A DNA stretch of 64,000 nt from Desulfomicrobium sp. (GTDB lineage: Bacteria; Desulfobacterota; Desulfovibrionia; Desulfovibrionales; Desulfomicrobiaceae). The position numbers were made by a program, and so were the translations under genes. Below are positions 30,811 to 41,154 of this stretch, one piece after another. How positions within the stretch are numbered: position 1 is the first letter of the stretch; each line of letters opens with the position of its first letter. The stretch spans positions 544,001 through 608,000 of the forward strand of contig JAXGMI010000002.1 in the NCBI GenBank assembly GCA_040768745.1, written 5' to 3'. The notes under the pieces are model-generated. The model did not search any database. It had not been told where the DNA came from and saw only the letters and a program-made list of their open reading frames with translations.

Positions 30811-32121
30811 TCACATCTTGGATGGCAGATACGTCACGATCTGCGGGAACAGGCACAGGAGGGCCACGCCAACCATGGTGGCCACGAGAAAAGGATAGAT
30901 CCCGCGGAAGATGGACTCCAGGCTGATGCTCTGCTTCATGGCCGTGGTCACCCCATAGACCACATACACGTTGATGCCCACGGGCGGGGTGATGACTCCC
31001 ATCTCGGTCACCATCACGATGATGATGCCGAACCAGATGGGATCAAAGCCCAGATTCATGACCACGGGAAAAAACACTGGCACCGTCAGCATGACCATGG
31101 CCAGGGAGTCCATGAAGCATCCGGCCACAAAATAGATGCCCACGATGAGGCCCATGACCACAATGGGCGGCATATCCAGTCCGCCGATGAAGGTGGCCGT
31201 GGTGAAGGGGATGCGGGTCACGGCCAGGAATTTGCCAAAAACCACCGCTCCAGCCACCAGAAAGAGAACCATGCACGAGGTGCGCAGGGTTTCTTCCAGC
31301 GACTTCATGATCAGCTTGGGGCCCAGCTGACGCCGGGCCACGCCCAGGACCAGGACGCTGAACGCCCCGACGGACGCCGCTTCGGTCGGCGTGAACCAGC
31401 CCCGGAACAGGCCGGTCAGGACCACGGAAAAGATGAGTACCGTGTCAATGAGACCGGTCAGGGAACGCAGCCTGACCTTCCAGGGAAAGTGTTCGGCCGG
31501 AGGACCGAACTCAGGATGCCGGAAGCAGGTCACGGCAATGGCGCACAGAAACAGCCCGGTCAGCATGAAGGCCGGCAGGACCCCGGAAACGAAGAGCTGG
31601 CCGATGGATTGCTCGGTCAGCACCCCGTAGACGATAAGCACCACGCTGGGGGGCATGACCATGCCCAGCCCGCCCCCGGCGGCCACGGCCCCGCTGGCGA
31701 GACGATCGCGGTAGCCGAAACGCTTCATCTCCGGAATGGCCACCGTGGCCATGGTCGCCGCAGTGGCCGGACTGGACCCGCAGATGGCTCCGAAGGCGGT
31801 ACAGGCCGAGACCGTGGCCATGGCCATGCCTCCGCGGACGTGTCCGAAAAAATGATAGGCGGTGGTGAAAAGCCGACGGCTGACCCCGGCGTTGAAGGCC
31901 AGCTGACCCATGAGCACAAAAAGAGGGATGGTCGTCAGGTCGTAGGAGACAAAGACTTCGTACATGCTGCGGCTGAGCATGTTCAGCCCGCTCTGGACTG
32001 AGGTCAGCACGGAAAAGCCGACAAAGCCCACCAGACCCATGACAAAGGCCACAGGCATGCGCGTGGCAAAGAGCAGGAGCATGACCGCGATGCCGATCAA
32101 TCCCGTCATGGTCGCGCTCAT
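30811..32121 (-). CDS. dctM: TRAP transporter large permease
   Basis: IPLFVLMG, GAICGSS, FTPTEAA, GVITPPVGIN. Confidence 0.92.
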   Translation of the reverse strand: MSATMTGLIGIAVMLLLFATRMPVAFVMGLVGFVGFSVLTSVQSGLNMLSRSMYEVFVSYDLTTIPLFVLMGQLAFNAGVSRRLFTTAYHFFGHVRGGMAMATVSACTAFGAICGSSPATAATMATVAIPEMKRFGYRDRLASGAVAAGGGLGMVMPPSVVLIVYGVLTEQSIGQLFVSGVLPAFMLTGLFLCAIAVTCFRHPEFGPPAEHFPWKVRLRSLTGLIDTVLIFSVVLTGLFRGWFTPTEAASVGAFSVLVLGVARRQLGPKLIMKSLEETLRTSCMVLFLVAGAVVFGKFLAVTRIPFTTATFIGGLDMPPIVVMGLIVGIYFVAGCFMDSLAMVMLTVPVFFPVVMNLGFDPIWFGIIIVMVTEMGVITPPVGINVYVVYGVTTAMKQSISLESIFRGIYPFLVATMVGVALLCLFPQIVTYLPSKM

Positions 32122-32603
32122 GACCGCCTCCATTCCAGGACGAAGCGGATCAGGTCGTACAGCATGACCAGGGTGGTCACTGCGAAACATCCTGCCAGAA
32201 CATACACGAGCACATATTCGGGCAACCCCAGGTTCAGGGATACTTCGCCGGAAAGCTGCTTGTCCCGGGCGTATGCGGTCATCATGGTGGTCACCAGGGC
32301 GAAGAAGAAGACGGACATGGTTTCGCGGAACAGCTTCAGCACCCTGCGCACCCGCATGGACAGGAGCTGCACGAAGACCTCCACCCCGATGTGCGAGCGG
32401 TGCGCATGGGCATACGGCAGGCCGAGGCCCAGGGCCAGGACTCCCAGAAAGGCGACGATCTCCTCGGACCCGAAAATGGGGCTGCGCTGGACCCGGCCCG
32501 TGATGTCGGTCACGGTCACCAGGACCATGGCCAGCACGGCCAGGCATGCGGCCACCCGCATCACTCCGCACACACGCTGCAACATCTTGTCGACACTCTG
32601 CAC
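32118..32603 (-). CDS. dctQ: TRAP transporter small permease
   Basis: Four TM segments, GSEEI, HIGVE; GTG start with GGGAG RBS. Confidence 0.88.
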   Translation of the reverse strand: MQSVDKMLQRVCGVMRVAACLAVLAMVLVTVTDITGRVQRSPIFGSEEIVAFLGVLALGLGLPYAHAHRSHIGVEVFVQLLSMRVRRVLKLFRETMSVFFFALVTTMMTAYARDKQLSGEVSLNLGLPEYVLVYVLAGCFAVTTLVMLYDLIRFVLEWRRS

Positions 32604-32628
32604 AGAAACACTCCCTGAAAAATGAAAC

Positions 32629-32669
32629 GGGGCAGCGGCAGGACATCCCGCTGTGGCCTGCCGCGCCCC
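32629..32669 (-). terminator. Intercistronic stem-loop after dctP
   Basis: GGGGCAGCGGCAGG...CCTGCCGCGCCCC followed on - by a U-rich tract. Confidence 0.55.
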
Positions 32670-32694
32670 TTCTGTCTGAGAAGCAGCCAAAAGC

Positions 32695-33708
32695 CTACTT
32701 TTTCATCTGGCCGTGCATGAATTCCACCACGGCCTTGCCATCAGCGCCGAGCTTGGCACACTCGGCCTCGTACTCCACAAAAAGCGGGTCCATGGCCTTG
32801 GTCCACCGGGCCGCCTCGGCCGCATCCAGGGTGACGATGGCGTTGCCAGGCTGGGCCAGGAAGAACTCGCGGCCTTCCTTGTCGCTGTCATCCCAGGCCT
32901 GCCCGTGTTTGGGGATCCATTCCTTGCTGACCTCGGTCATGGCCTGCTGGGCCTCCGCAGGCAGGGCCGCCCAGGCGGCCTTGTTGAGGACCACGAAGAA
33001 GGTCGTGGTGTAGCCAACTGCCGTGGAGTCCGTCAAATAGTCCACCACCTCGGCCATTTTCCAGCCCTTGTTGGTCTCGGTGGGATAGATGCCGCCGTTG
33101 ACCACCCCTTTCTGGATGGACTGGTAGGAATCGGGCATGGACATGGCCACCGGACTCCCGCCCAGGGCCGTGATCACGCTGGCGCTGTTACCCGTGGCCC
33201 TGATCTTCATCCCCTTCAGGTCCTCCATGGACTTGACCGGTTTGCCGGCCGTATGCAGTATGCCAGGCCCATGGGCGTGAAAATAGAGCACGTGCACGTC
33301 GTCGAATTCCTTGGGCGTGAACTTGGCGTACACGGCGTTGGCCAGTCCCGTGGCCTGCACGCCTGACGCGTAGCACATGGGCAGATCCACGCCGGACAGG
33401 ACAGGAAAGCGGCCCTTGGTGTAGCCCAGGGCGGACATGCCGATGTCGGAGATGCGCTGCACCACGCCGTCATAACAGTCCTTGGCCTTGGTCAGGGTGC
33501 CGCCGGGATAGTACTCGATGACCACCTTGCCGCCGGAGCGTTTCTCCACTTCCCGGCACCACTGTTCGGCCAGCTGGGACTGGATGTGGGTGGGCGGGAA
33601 GAAATTGCTGTAGGACAACTTGACCGGATCGGCCCCCACGGCCGGCATCGCCCAACCCAGCACGAGCAGCACGGCGGCTGCGGCCATCCCCCGAAAAGAC
33701 CCCCTCAT
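32695..33708 (-). CDS. dctP: TRAP transporter substrate-binding protein
   Basis: Signal peptide, EDLKGMKIR, LGGSPVAM. Confidence 0.9.
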   Translation of the reverse strand: MRGSFRGMAAAAVLLVLGWAMPAVGADPVKLSYSNFFPPTHIQSQLAEQWCREVEKRSGGKVVIEYYPGGTLTKAKDCYDGVVQRISDIGMSALGYTKGRFPVLSGVDLPMCYASGVQATGLANAVYAKFTPKEFDDVHVLYFHAHGPGILHTAGKPVKSMEDLKGMKIRATGNSASVITALGGSPVAMSMPDSYQSIQKGVVNGGIYPTETNKGWKMAEVVDYLTDSTAVGYTTTFFVVLNKAAWAALPAEAQQAMTEVSKEWIPKHGQAWDDSDKEGREFFLAQPGNAIVTLDAAEAARWTKAMDPLFVEYEAECAKLGADGKAVVEFMHGQMKK

Positions 33709-33759
33709 TGTCGTATCCTCCATGTAAAAAGTGCGGCCGCACCCCATGCGCAGCCCCGG

Positions 33760-34374
33760 CTATTCCGAAATTTCCGATGCGTTGGCCAGGGCCAGCCGCA
33801 TGGCGGCCCGGCGGAAGTCCGCGCGGTCGATGGTCCCCGTGCCCAGCAGGGAGTGGATGAGAAAGCCCTCGAACAGGGCCGTGTTCAGGGCGCCTATCTT
33901 GCTGGCGGGATATCCCCCCCGCACAAAGGGGCCGACGATATCCTCGAAAATGTCGTTGGAGAGGCGATACAGGGATTGATTGAGCTGGCCGCGCAGCTCC
34001 TCGTTGCGTGAGGCGTGGATGGTGAACTCCAGAAAGACCGTGCACCAGTTGCGGTCGTCGATCATGGTCTCCAGGAAATCCAGGATATGCCCCATGACCT
34101 CCTCCAGGGTGCGTGCATCGCGCACGGCCTGGTCGCGCATGCGCCGGTAGGACTGCATCTTGCGGGCAATGATCTCCAGCATGATTTCGTCCTTGCTCTG
34201 CCAGTGGCGATAGAAATTGCCCTTGGCATAGCCGGCGTCGGCCGTGATCTCCGCCACGGTGGTGGCCACGAAGCCTTTGGCCGAAAACAGCCGTTCCGCC
34301 GAGTCCAGCAGCTCGCGCTGGGTCTGAAGTGATTTTTCCTGCTGCTTGCGGGCCACGACAACGCCTCCAAACAT
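33760..34374 (-). CDS. TetR family transcriptional regulator
   Basis: LLDSAERLFSAKGF..TTVAEITADAGYAKGNFYRHWQSK HTH. Confidence 0.92.
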   Translation of the reverse strand: MFGGVVVARKQQEKSLQTQRELLDSAERLFSAKGFVATTVAEITADAGYAKGNFYRHWQSKDEIMLEIIARKMQSYRRMRDQAVRDARTLEEVMGHILDFLETMIDDRNWCTVFLEFTIHASRNEELRGQLNQSLYRLSNDIFEDIVGPFVRGGYPASKIGALNTALFEGFLIHSLLGTGTIDRADFRRAAMRLALANASEISE

Positions 34375-34411
34375 GTGGTCATAAAATGACCAAAAGTCAT
34401 TTTATGACCAC
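34375..34411. promoter_or_regulatory. Perfect 16-bp inverted repeat, probable TetR operator
   Basis: GTGGTCATAAAATGAC-caaaa-GTCATTTTATGACCAC abutting the tetR start codon. Confidence 0.75.
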
Positions 34412-35017
34412 GTATTCGGATGACCATGTTCTGTCAAGCGCTTCGTCGGGGATAGCGGGCATGCCGCAGGGTGCGCCAGGGGCTTCTTGGCGGTTTGACC
34501 CCGACTGAACCCTCATAAGCCCGCCTGGAAAATATTCCTTCTGGATGGGAGTCAGAACACGCCACCCTCACGGCAAACCCCATGTGTCTGGATTGAGAAG
34601 GCAGCCTCAGGATCAGAATGAATCCGCGATGGCGTTCCGTAAACCACCATGCAAACGCCCACGGCTCTGCCAACCTGGGTTCGCCAAATTTTCAGGGATG
34701 GCCCCGACAGCCTGGGGCGATGGCGTACATATTCCTGATTTTTTGTCGTGAATCGTGTATGGGGATGTTTCAGAAAATTATCTCACAATTCAAAGCCCTT
34801 GACATATCTGAAACTCTCGGGTTTATCAAACCAGCTGAAAACTTTTGAGCATCGGCATGGCGTACAGATCCGTGAAGGCGACGGAAAATGGCGGAATTTT
34901 ACGGGAAAGCGGGAAAAATGGCGTTTGCCATGGGCATGACAGGTCTTGGAAAGAAGACCTAAGGCTTTCTTTCGCAGCACCACCTTTGTGTAGGAGCTGT
35001 GCTTTGAGGAGAATCTT

Positions 35018-35608
35018 TTGAGTTTCAACGGTGAAATCGTGGCAGGATCCCTGCTCATCCGCGAAAGTAGAAGTGTCGCCGAGCTGCTACTCCTTGGGCT
35101 TGGCCCGAAGGCCGTGCATGAACGCGTGAGCGCGGACAACAGCCTTCAGAAGCGTTCACCCGCCACGGCCAGACGTCAGACGAACCTCATCCTGGCGCGG
35201 TTGCAGGGCTTGGACAAAAGGTTTCTGACCATGATCGTTTCCGGCTCGCAGGAACTCGCCACGCAAGCTCTTTTCGCCGCTGCCATCAAGCATAACCGTT
35301 TCCTGGGGGACTTCGTCGGCAAGGTGGTTTGCGCTCATTGGCGAACTTACAAACCCGCCTTGACCAAGCTCGATTGGAATTCTTTTTTTGAGGAATGCGC
35401 AGCAATCGACCCTGAGATCACCAAGTGGACGGAAACAACCCACGCTAAAATCCGTCAGGTCGTCTTCCGTATTTTAGCCGAAGCGAAAGTGATCGAATCG
35501 ACAAGATCCCTCCGGCTGATCCCTTTTGCGCTCCTGCCGGAACTCAAGCGTCTCCTTCGAGACAAGGACGAATGGTATGTCCTCAGGTGTCTGGAGGCTC
35601 TCTCATGA
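35018..35608 (+). CDS. brxA: BREX protein BrxA (DUF1819)
   Basis: GSLLIRESR, NSLQKRSPATARR, WTETTHAKIRQVVFRILAEA; first gene of BREX operon; GAGGAG RBS + TTG. Confidence 0.88.
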   Translation: MSFNGEIVAGSLLIRESRSVAELLLLGLGPKAVHERVSADNSLQKRSPATARRQTNLILARLQGLDKRFLTMIVSGSQELATQALFAAAIKHNRFLGDFVGKVVCAHWRTYKPALTKLDWNSFFEECAAIDPEITKWTETTHAKIRQVVFRILAEAKVIESTRSLRLIPFALLPELKRLLRDKDEWYVLRCLEALS

Positions 35609-36192
35609 ACGATGATTTCAACGGTCGCCTGAATAAAGTCCTCGACCGGCTCCTTTCCAAGGAACTGTTGTCGAATACTGGGCTTGGCAACGAGATCGGC
35701 TTCTATATCTTCGACTACCCACCGGAGCAGGAACTCCGACTCAGGGAGTTTCTTGAAACAATCAAAGCGCAACTTATGAAACGCGCACCCGATCTTCGGT
35801 TTGTCCACATCAATCTGTTCAAGCTGCTCATCGACTACCTGGCTGAGCGCAAACTTCTGGACCGCGCCTACCAATTGCAAAAAACCAAGGGCGACGAAGA
35901 ACTGCTCAAAGCCCTCAAAGGTCCGCTCCAGGAAAAACGCGTAGCCGAATATTTCGTCCAAGCCGCACGACCTGAGGTCAACGACCTGGTCCTTGTCTCA
36001 GGCGTCGGCAATGCCTGGCCCATGCTCCGCAGTCATACCCTGCTCAATTGCCTGCACGCATACATGGAGGACACGCCTCTGGTCCTCTTCTATCCGGGAC
36101 AATATTCCGGCCAGAGCTTGCGCCTCTTTGGCAAGCTGCCTGAGAGCAACTACTATCGCGCATTTTCTCTCGTTCCTCATCAAGCTTCCTAG
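35605..36192 (+). CDS. brxB: BREX protein BrxB (DUF1788)
   Basis: GLGNEIGFYIFDYPPE, SGVGNAWPMLRSH, LFYPGQYSG, NYYRAF. Confidence 0.92.
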   Translation: MNDDFNGRLNKVLDRLLSKELLSNTGLGNEIGFYIFDYPPEQELRLREFLETIKAQLMKRAPDLRFVHINLFKLLIDYLAERKLLDRAYQLQKTKGDEELLKALKGPLQEKRVAEYFVQAARPEVNDLVLVSGVGNAWPMLRSHTLLNCLHAYMEDTPLVLFYPGQYSGQSLRLFGKLPESNYYRAFSLVPHQAS

Positions 36193-36208
36193 TCACGGAG
36201 AACCCAGA

Positions 36209-39200
36209 ATGCTGATCAAGGATCTGTTCGCAAAAAATCTGTTCCGCCCCATCAACGGCGTCGTCAAAGCCGAACAGCAGGAAGATGCCGTCGTATGGCA
36301 GGAACTGGAAGAGTATGTTCTCACCAAGGAACTCGACCAGCATTTCCGCAAGTTCTTTGACGCCTATCAGGCCGCTCGACGCAACGCTCATGATCCGAGC
36401 CTTTCCGACAGAATGGGCATCTGGGTCTCCGGCTTCTTCGGGTCGGGCAAGTCGCACTTCATCAAGATCCTGTCCTATCTGCTGAACAACCGGGAAGCCT
36501 GTAACCCCCAAACTTCGGAATGCAGACGGGCCGCAAAGTTCTTCGAGGGTAAAATCAAGGACCCGCTGCTGCTCGCGGATATCAAAAGCGCGACAAACGG
36601 AAATACCGATGTCATCCTTTTCAATATCGACAGCCGCGCCGATGCCCAGGATGGGCGAGGAACCATTCTCTCGGTGTTCTGGCGTGTGTTTAACGAGATG
36701 CAAGGGTTCTGCGGCGAGTATCCGCATTTGGCGGAGATGGAACGCTACCTGACCAGCAAGGGCAAATTCGAGGAGTTCTGCACCACATACTCGGAACTCA
36801 GCGGCGAGGACTGGATCAAGGAGCGTGACGCGTTCCACTTCAAAAAAGACGAGGTGGTTGAAGCGCTCTCCAAAACTTTGGGCCAGAGCCTCACATCGAC
36901 CGAATCATGGTTCGACAAGTCGGAGAACTCTGTCAGCCTGACCATCGACGCCTTCGCAAAACGGGTAAAGGAATACCTCGACAGTCGAGGCAAGGATCAC
37001 CGCATCGTCTTTCTGGTGGACGAAGTCGGCCAGTTCATCGGCAACGACACGCACCTCATGCTCAACCTGCAAACCATCACTGAAGACCTGGGCCGCGTTT
37101 GCCAGGGCCGGGCTTGGGTTGTCGTCACGTCACAGGAAGACATCGACGCCATCCTGGGCGACCTTGTCGCCTCGAAAGCCAATGACTTTTCCAAAATCCA
37201 GGGACGGTTCAGCACGCGTCTGTCTCTCTCCAGTTCCAACACCGACGAAGTCATCCAGGCCCGTCTGCTGGAAAAGAAATCAGCGGCACAAGAAGAGCTG
37301 CAACGGCTCTTTGACGTGAAAGGCGACATCATCAACAGCCAGCTCAGCTTCTCGCACGACAGCGCCCACCTCAAAACCTATCGGGACAGAGTCGATTTCG
37401 CGGGATGCTATCCCTTTGCGCCCTACCATTTCCAGTTGGTGCAGAAGATTTTTGAATCCATCCGCAAGGCCGGAGCCACGGGCATTCATTTGAGTCGTGG
37501 CGAGCGTTCCATGCTGGATGCCTTTCAGTCCGCAGCCATCAATGTGGCGGAAAAGGAAATCGGAGCTTTGATTCCCCTGCATGCCTTTTACCCATCCATC
37601 GAAAGTTTTCTGGATACTGCGGTCAAGCGCACTATCGAGCAGGCGGATGAAAACAGCGGACTGGAAAAACCGTTCGACATTCAGCTTCTGAAAACATTGT
37701 TTCTGATCCGCTATGTGGATGTCATCAAACCCAACGTCGACAACCTGGTGACCCTGTTCATCGATGAGGTCGATGCCGACCGTCTGGCGTTGAAACGTCG
37801 CATCGAAGCTGGCTTGCAGCGTCTGGAAAAAGAAACCCTGATCAACCGCAACGGTGATCTGTACTTCTTCCTGACCAACGAGGAGCGCGACGTCGGACGC
37901 GAAATCAAGAATGTCGATATCACCAGTTCCGAAGAATTGAAGCTTTTGTCCGACATCATCTTTGCCGAAATCTTCAAGGATCAGAACAAACTCAAATATC
38001 GCCCCTACAAGCGCGATTACGCCTTTGGTCGTCTTCTGGACGGGCACCCCTACAGCAGCAAGGTCGATCAGGACATTGCCGTGGAGATCATCTCTCCGCT
38101 CAATGACCAGTATGCCCTCTTCAATTCCATGAAATGCGTCCTTTATTCAGGGGAACATCCTGGACGGATTGTGTACAAGCTGTCGGATGACAAGGCCCTT
38201 GGAAATGAAATCCGGGCCTACCTTCAGACCGACAAATATGTGCGCCTCAAAAGCGATGCTTCGTTGACCCCCAACTTCAAAAAAATTCTCCGTGATCGTC
38301 AGGAAGAGAACCGTGAACGTCGGGAGCGTTTGACCTCCTTGGTGGAAAATCTGCTGTGCTCAGCCAAGGTCTATGCCTTGCAGCAGGAATTGCAGCTCAA
38401 AAATTCCGGAGCCAAGGCGGGCTTGGATGAAGCCCTGGAATATGTCATCCAGAACGTCTTTCTGAAATTTTCCTACCTGGAAGTCGTGTACGATGATCCC
38501 ACCAAGGAACTTCGCGCCGTCCTGCTTTCCAATGATATTGCCAAAAATCAGCTTCAGATGGACCTGCCGCAAATCAACGCCCAGGCCGTCAAGGAAGTGC
38601 GGGAACATGTCGACATCCTAACCGCGAAAAATCACGCCATCCTGCTCTCCGACATGGTCGAGAAGTTCAGTGCCAAGCCGTATGGCTGGCCGGAATGGGA
38701 GGTCGTGCTGCTGGCTGCCCGGTTGTTCATGGCTGGTGAAATCAAGCTGACCGTCAACGACGTCCTGGAGCCACGCGAAGCCCTGGATGTGCTGATGAAA
38801 ACCACGCAGTGGCGCAGCGTGAAAATGGTCAAATGCAAGCTGGCCAGCCCGGAAGAAATCGAAAAGGCCCGCAAGCTCTGTCAGGATCTGTTCGGCAAGA
38901 TCGGTCCGGAATCCGGCGAGGCTCTGGTTGCGCACTTCAAAGAGCAGTTACAGGCTTGGCGCAGGCAATTGGGACAGTTCCGACCCCTGGCGCAAACGGG
39001 CCAGTACCCGGGGGCGTCAATCATCGATCGGGCGCTTGGAGTGATCGAAGGCATCCTGACGATCCGCGACAGCTACGAGTGCATCATCGCGTTCAACAGA
39101 AAGAAAAATGACTTGCTGGATGCTGGTGACGACATCCATGAACTGAGCGGCTTTTACGCAAATCAGAAGCCCACTTGGGACAAGCTGCGCCAAAGCCTGC

Positions 39201-39763
39201 GCATCTTCAACATCAACGCGGCAGCCTTGAATAAAAATGCCGATGCCGCCCAGGCTCTGAAGCGTTTGCAGGAGATTGCCGCGCATGACGCACCCTATGG
39301 CATGATCAAGGATATCGACGCCCTCATTGGCAGGGTGGCAGCCGTCAACGACGTCATGGTTGCGGAAGCCCGGCAGGCCTCGCAAGCGGTCCTCGATGAT
39401 CGCATACAGGCCATGAGTACCGCCTTGGATGGTTTGAACGCATCGTCGGATGACCGCAACCGCATTCTGTATCCACTCGAGACCATCAAACAGACGATCT
39501 CCGCCGAAGAAAGCATTCCGGCCCTGTTCTACCAGCGCGAAGAAAGCGCCAAGGCCGTGGATACTGCCCTGGATAGCATCGAGGCCCTCAAGCCAACATC
39601 GGACACCCCCAAACCTCAGAAACAGACCAAAAGCCTGCGCGTTGCCTCGGTCACGACCAAGACCGTGCTGGAATCTGCCGCCGATGTGGAAGAATTTGTC
39701 GAGGCGCTCAAAAACCGCCTCCTAGCGGAACTCGGGCCGGATGTGCGTATTCGGGTGCAATAA
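36209..39763 (+). CDS. brxC: BREX P-loop ATPase BrxC
   Basis: RPINGVVK, ELEEYV, WVSGFFGSGKSHF, FLVDEVGQF, SKIQGRF, GERSML. Confidence 0.95.
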   Translation: MLIKDLFAKNLFRPINGVVKAEQQEDAVVWQELEEYVLTKELDQHFRKFFDAYQAARRNAHDPSLSDRMGIWVSGFFGSGKSHFIKILSYLLNNREACNPQTSECRRAAKFFEGKIKDPLLLADIKSATNGNTDVILFNIDSRADAQDGRGTILSVFWRVFNEMQGFCGEYPHLAEMERYLTSKGKFEEFCTTYSELSGEDWIKERDAFHFKKDEVVEALSKTLGQSLTSTESWFDKSENSVSLTIDAFAKRVKEYLDSRGKDHRIVFLVDEVGQFIGNDTHLMLNLQTITEDLGRVCQGRAWVVVTSQEDIDAILGDLVASKANDFSKIQGRFSTRLSLSSSNTDEVIQARLLEKKSAAQEELQRLFDVKGDIINSQLSFSHDSAHLKTYRDRVDFAGCYPFAPYHFQLVQKIFESIRKAGATGIHLSRGERSMLDAFQSAAINVAEKEIGALIPLHAFYPSIESFLDTAVKRTIEQADENSGLEKPFDIQLLKTLFLIRYVDVIKPNVDNLVTLFIDEVDADRLALKRRIEAGLQRLEKETLINRNGDLYFFLTNEERDVGREIKNVDITSSEELKLLSDIIFAEIFKDQNKLKYRPYKRDYAFGRLLDGHPYSSKVDQDIAVEIISPLNDQYALFNSMKCVLYSGEHPGRIVYKLSDDKALGNEIRAYLQTDKYVRLKSDASLTPNFKKILRDRQEENRERRERLTSLVENLLCSAKVYALQQELQLKNSGAKAGLDEALEYVIQNVFLKFSYLEVVYDDPTKELRAVLLSNDIAKNQLQMDLPQINAQAVKEVREHVDILTAKNHAILLSDMVEKFSAKPYGWPEWEVVLLAARLFMAGEIKLTVNDVLEPREALDVLMKTTQWRSVKMVKCKLASPEEIEKARKLCQDLFGKIGPESGEALVAHFKEQLQAWRRQLGQFRPLAQTGQYPGASIIDRALGVIEGILTIRDSYECIIAFNRKKNDLLDAGDDIHELSGFYANQKPTWDKLRQSLRIFNINAAALNKNADAAQALKRLQEIAAHDAPYGMIKDIDALIGRVAAVNDVMVAEARQASQAVLDDRIQAMSTALDGLNASSDDRNRILYPLETIKQTISAEESIPALFYQREESAKAVDTALDSIEALKPTSDTPKPQKQTKSLRVASVTTKTVLESAADVEEFVEALKNRLLAELGPDVRIRVQ

Positions 39764-39993
39764 AAAAGCACACTAAGCTGGCGTGTTAAGTGTTTTTCTT
39801 ATCAAGGCCCGATTCATACGCGTTTTTTTAGAATGGTATGCGTTTTTTTTGACCCACCCGGAATGGAGTCTGTCTTTACCAGCGCGGCAAACATTGACAT
39901 GCCGGAACACATGAACTGTTATTTTTATTTGGTGCTCTTTTTGGAAATAACCATGCGGCGTATTTTCACAACTGCAAATAGGGAGCTTGGTTC

Positions 39994-41154
39994 ATGCAAC
40001 GCGGCGTGACCGGAAACTATCATACGACATCCGTTGCCGGCGAGGCCGTGCATGCCTTTGTGCCCGCTCCTCTGCCGCCCGAGCCTCCTCTGGAATGGGT
40101 GCAATCCCGGCAGCGTAGCCTGGAGCGGGCCTTGCTCGCCTGCGGTCGGCTCGATGCCATCACCGCCTTGCTCCCTGATCCGGATCTTTTTCTCTACGCC
40201 TACGTGCGCCGCGAAGCGGTGCTGTCCAGCCAGATTGAAGGCACGCAATCCTCCCTGTCCGACTTGCTGCTGTTTGAACTGGACGCTGCGCCCGGCGTGC
40301 CCTTTGATGATGTAGCCGAGGTTTCCAACTACGTCGCCGCCCTGGAACATGGTTTGACGCGCCTGCGTGAGGGTTTTCCTCTTTCCAACCGACTCATTCG
40401 GGAACTGCACGTGCGTTTGCTGTCCAGTGGGCGTGGAGCGCACAAGCAACCGGGCGAGTTTCGAAGAAGCCAGAACTGGATCGGCGGCACTCGGCCCGGC
40501 AATGCCCAGTTTGTTCCTCCTCCAGTGCAGGAGGTTGAGCCCTGTATGGCGGCACTGGAGCGTTTTCTGCACGATGACGAGGCTCCCGGCGCACTCGTCA
40601 AGGCCGCTCTTGCTCATCTCCAGTTTGAAACCATTCATCCGTTTTTGGATGGCAATGGCCGTGTCGGGAGACTTTTGATCGCGCTCATTCTCCACCATGA
40701 AGGGGTATTGCGCCAGCCGCTGTTGTACCTTTCACTCTATTTCAAGCAGCATCGCACCGAGTACTATCGACTGCTTGATACCGTGCGCCAGACAGGTGAC
40801 TGGGAATCCTGGATCGATTTTTTCCTTGAAGGGGTCGAGGTGACGGCAACCAGCGCCGTGGAGACCGCTCACCGCCTGCTTGGCCTGTTTGAACGCGACG
40901 CCATGCGCGTGCGCGGCCTGGGACGCTCCGCAGCCAACGCCTTGCGTGTCTTTGATATTCTTCGCGCCCGCCCCCTGGCTTCTATCGGACATTTGGCCCA
41001 GCAGGCGGGCATCAGCTTTGCCACGGCCGCCCGGCATGTCGAGGCTTTGGAGAAGCTCGATATCGTCCGCGAACTCAGCGGCCGCAGTCGTGAACGGGTT
41101 TTTGCCTATCAGGACTATATAAATATTATGAATGAAGGCGCGGAGCCCTTGTAG
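39994..41154 (+). CDS. Class II Fic protein (N-terminal inhibitory helix, Fic domain, C-terminal HTH)
   Basis: SSQIEG inhibitory motif; HPFLDGNGRVGR catalytic motif; C-terminal HTH-like segment. Confidence 0.92.
   Translation: MQRGVTGNYHTTSVAGEAVHAFVPAPLPPEPPLEWVQSRQRSLERALLACGRLDAITALLPDPDLFLYAYVRREAVLSSQIEGTQSSLSDLLLFELDAAPGVPFDDVAEVSNYVAALEHGLTRLREGFPLSNRLIRELHVRLLSSGRGAHKQPGEFRRSQNWIGGTRPGNAQFVPPPVQEVEPCMAALERFLHDDEAPGALVKAALAHLQFETIHPFLDGNGRVGRLLIALILHHEGVLRQPLLYLSLYFKQHRTEYYRLLDTVRQTGDWESWIDFFLEGVEVTATSAVETAHRLLGLFERDAMRVRGLGRSAANALRVFDILRARPLASIGHLAQQAGISFATAARHVEALEKLDIVRELSGRSRERVFAYQDYINIMNEGAEPL

Noticed and set aside
32122..32646. Apparent dctQ-dctM fusion (611 aa ORF)
   Set aside because: dctQ is in a different frame with its own stop; dctM starts at 32121 via an ATGA overlap.
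34470..34476. GGTGCGC matching the tRNA-Arg 3' end as a possible att duplicate
   Set aside because: Only 7 bp, expected by chance in GC-rich DNA; flanks do not match.
35993..36208. N-terminal extension of the brxC ORF overlapping brxB
   Set aside because: BrxC-like sequence starts at MLIKDLF (36209) after a GGAG RBS; the extension is just an open frame.
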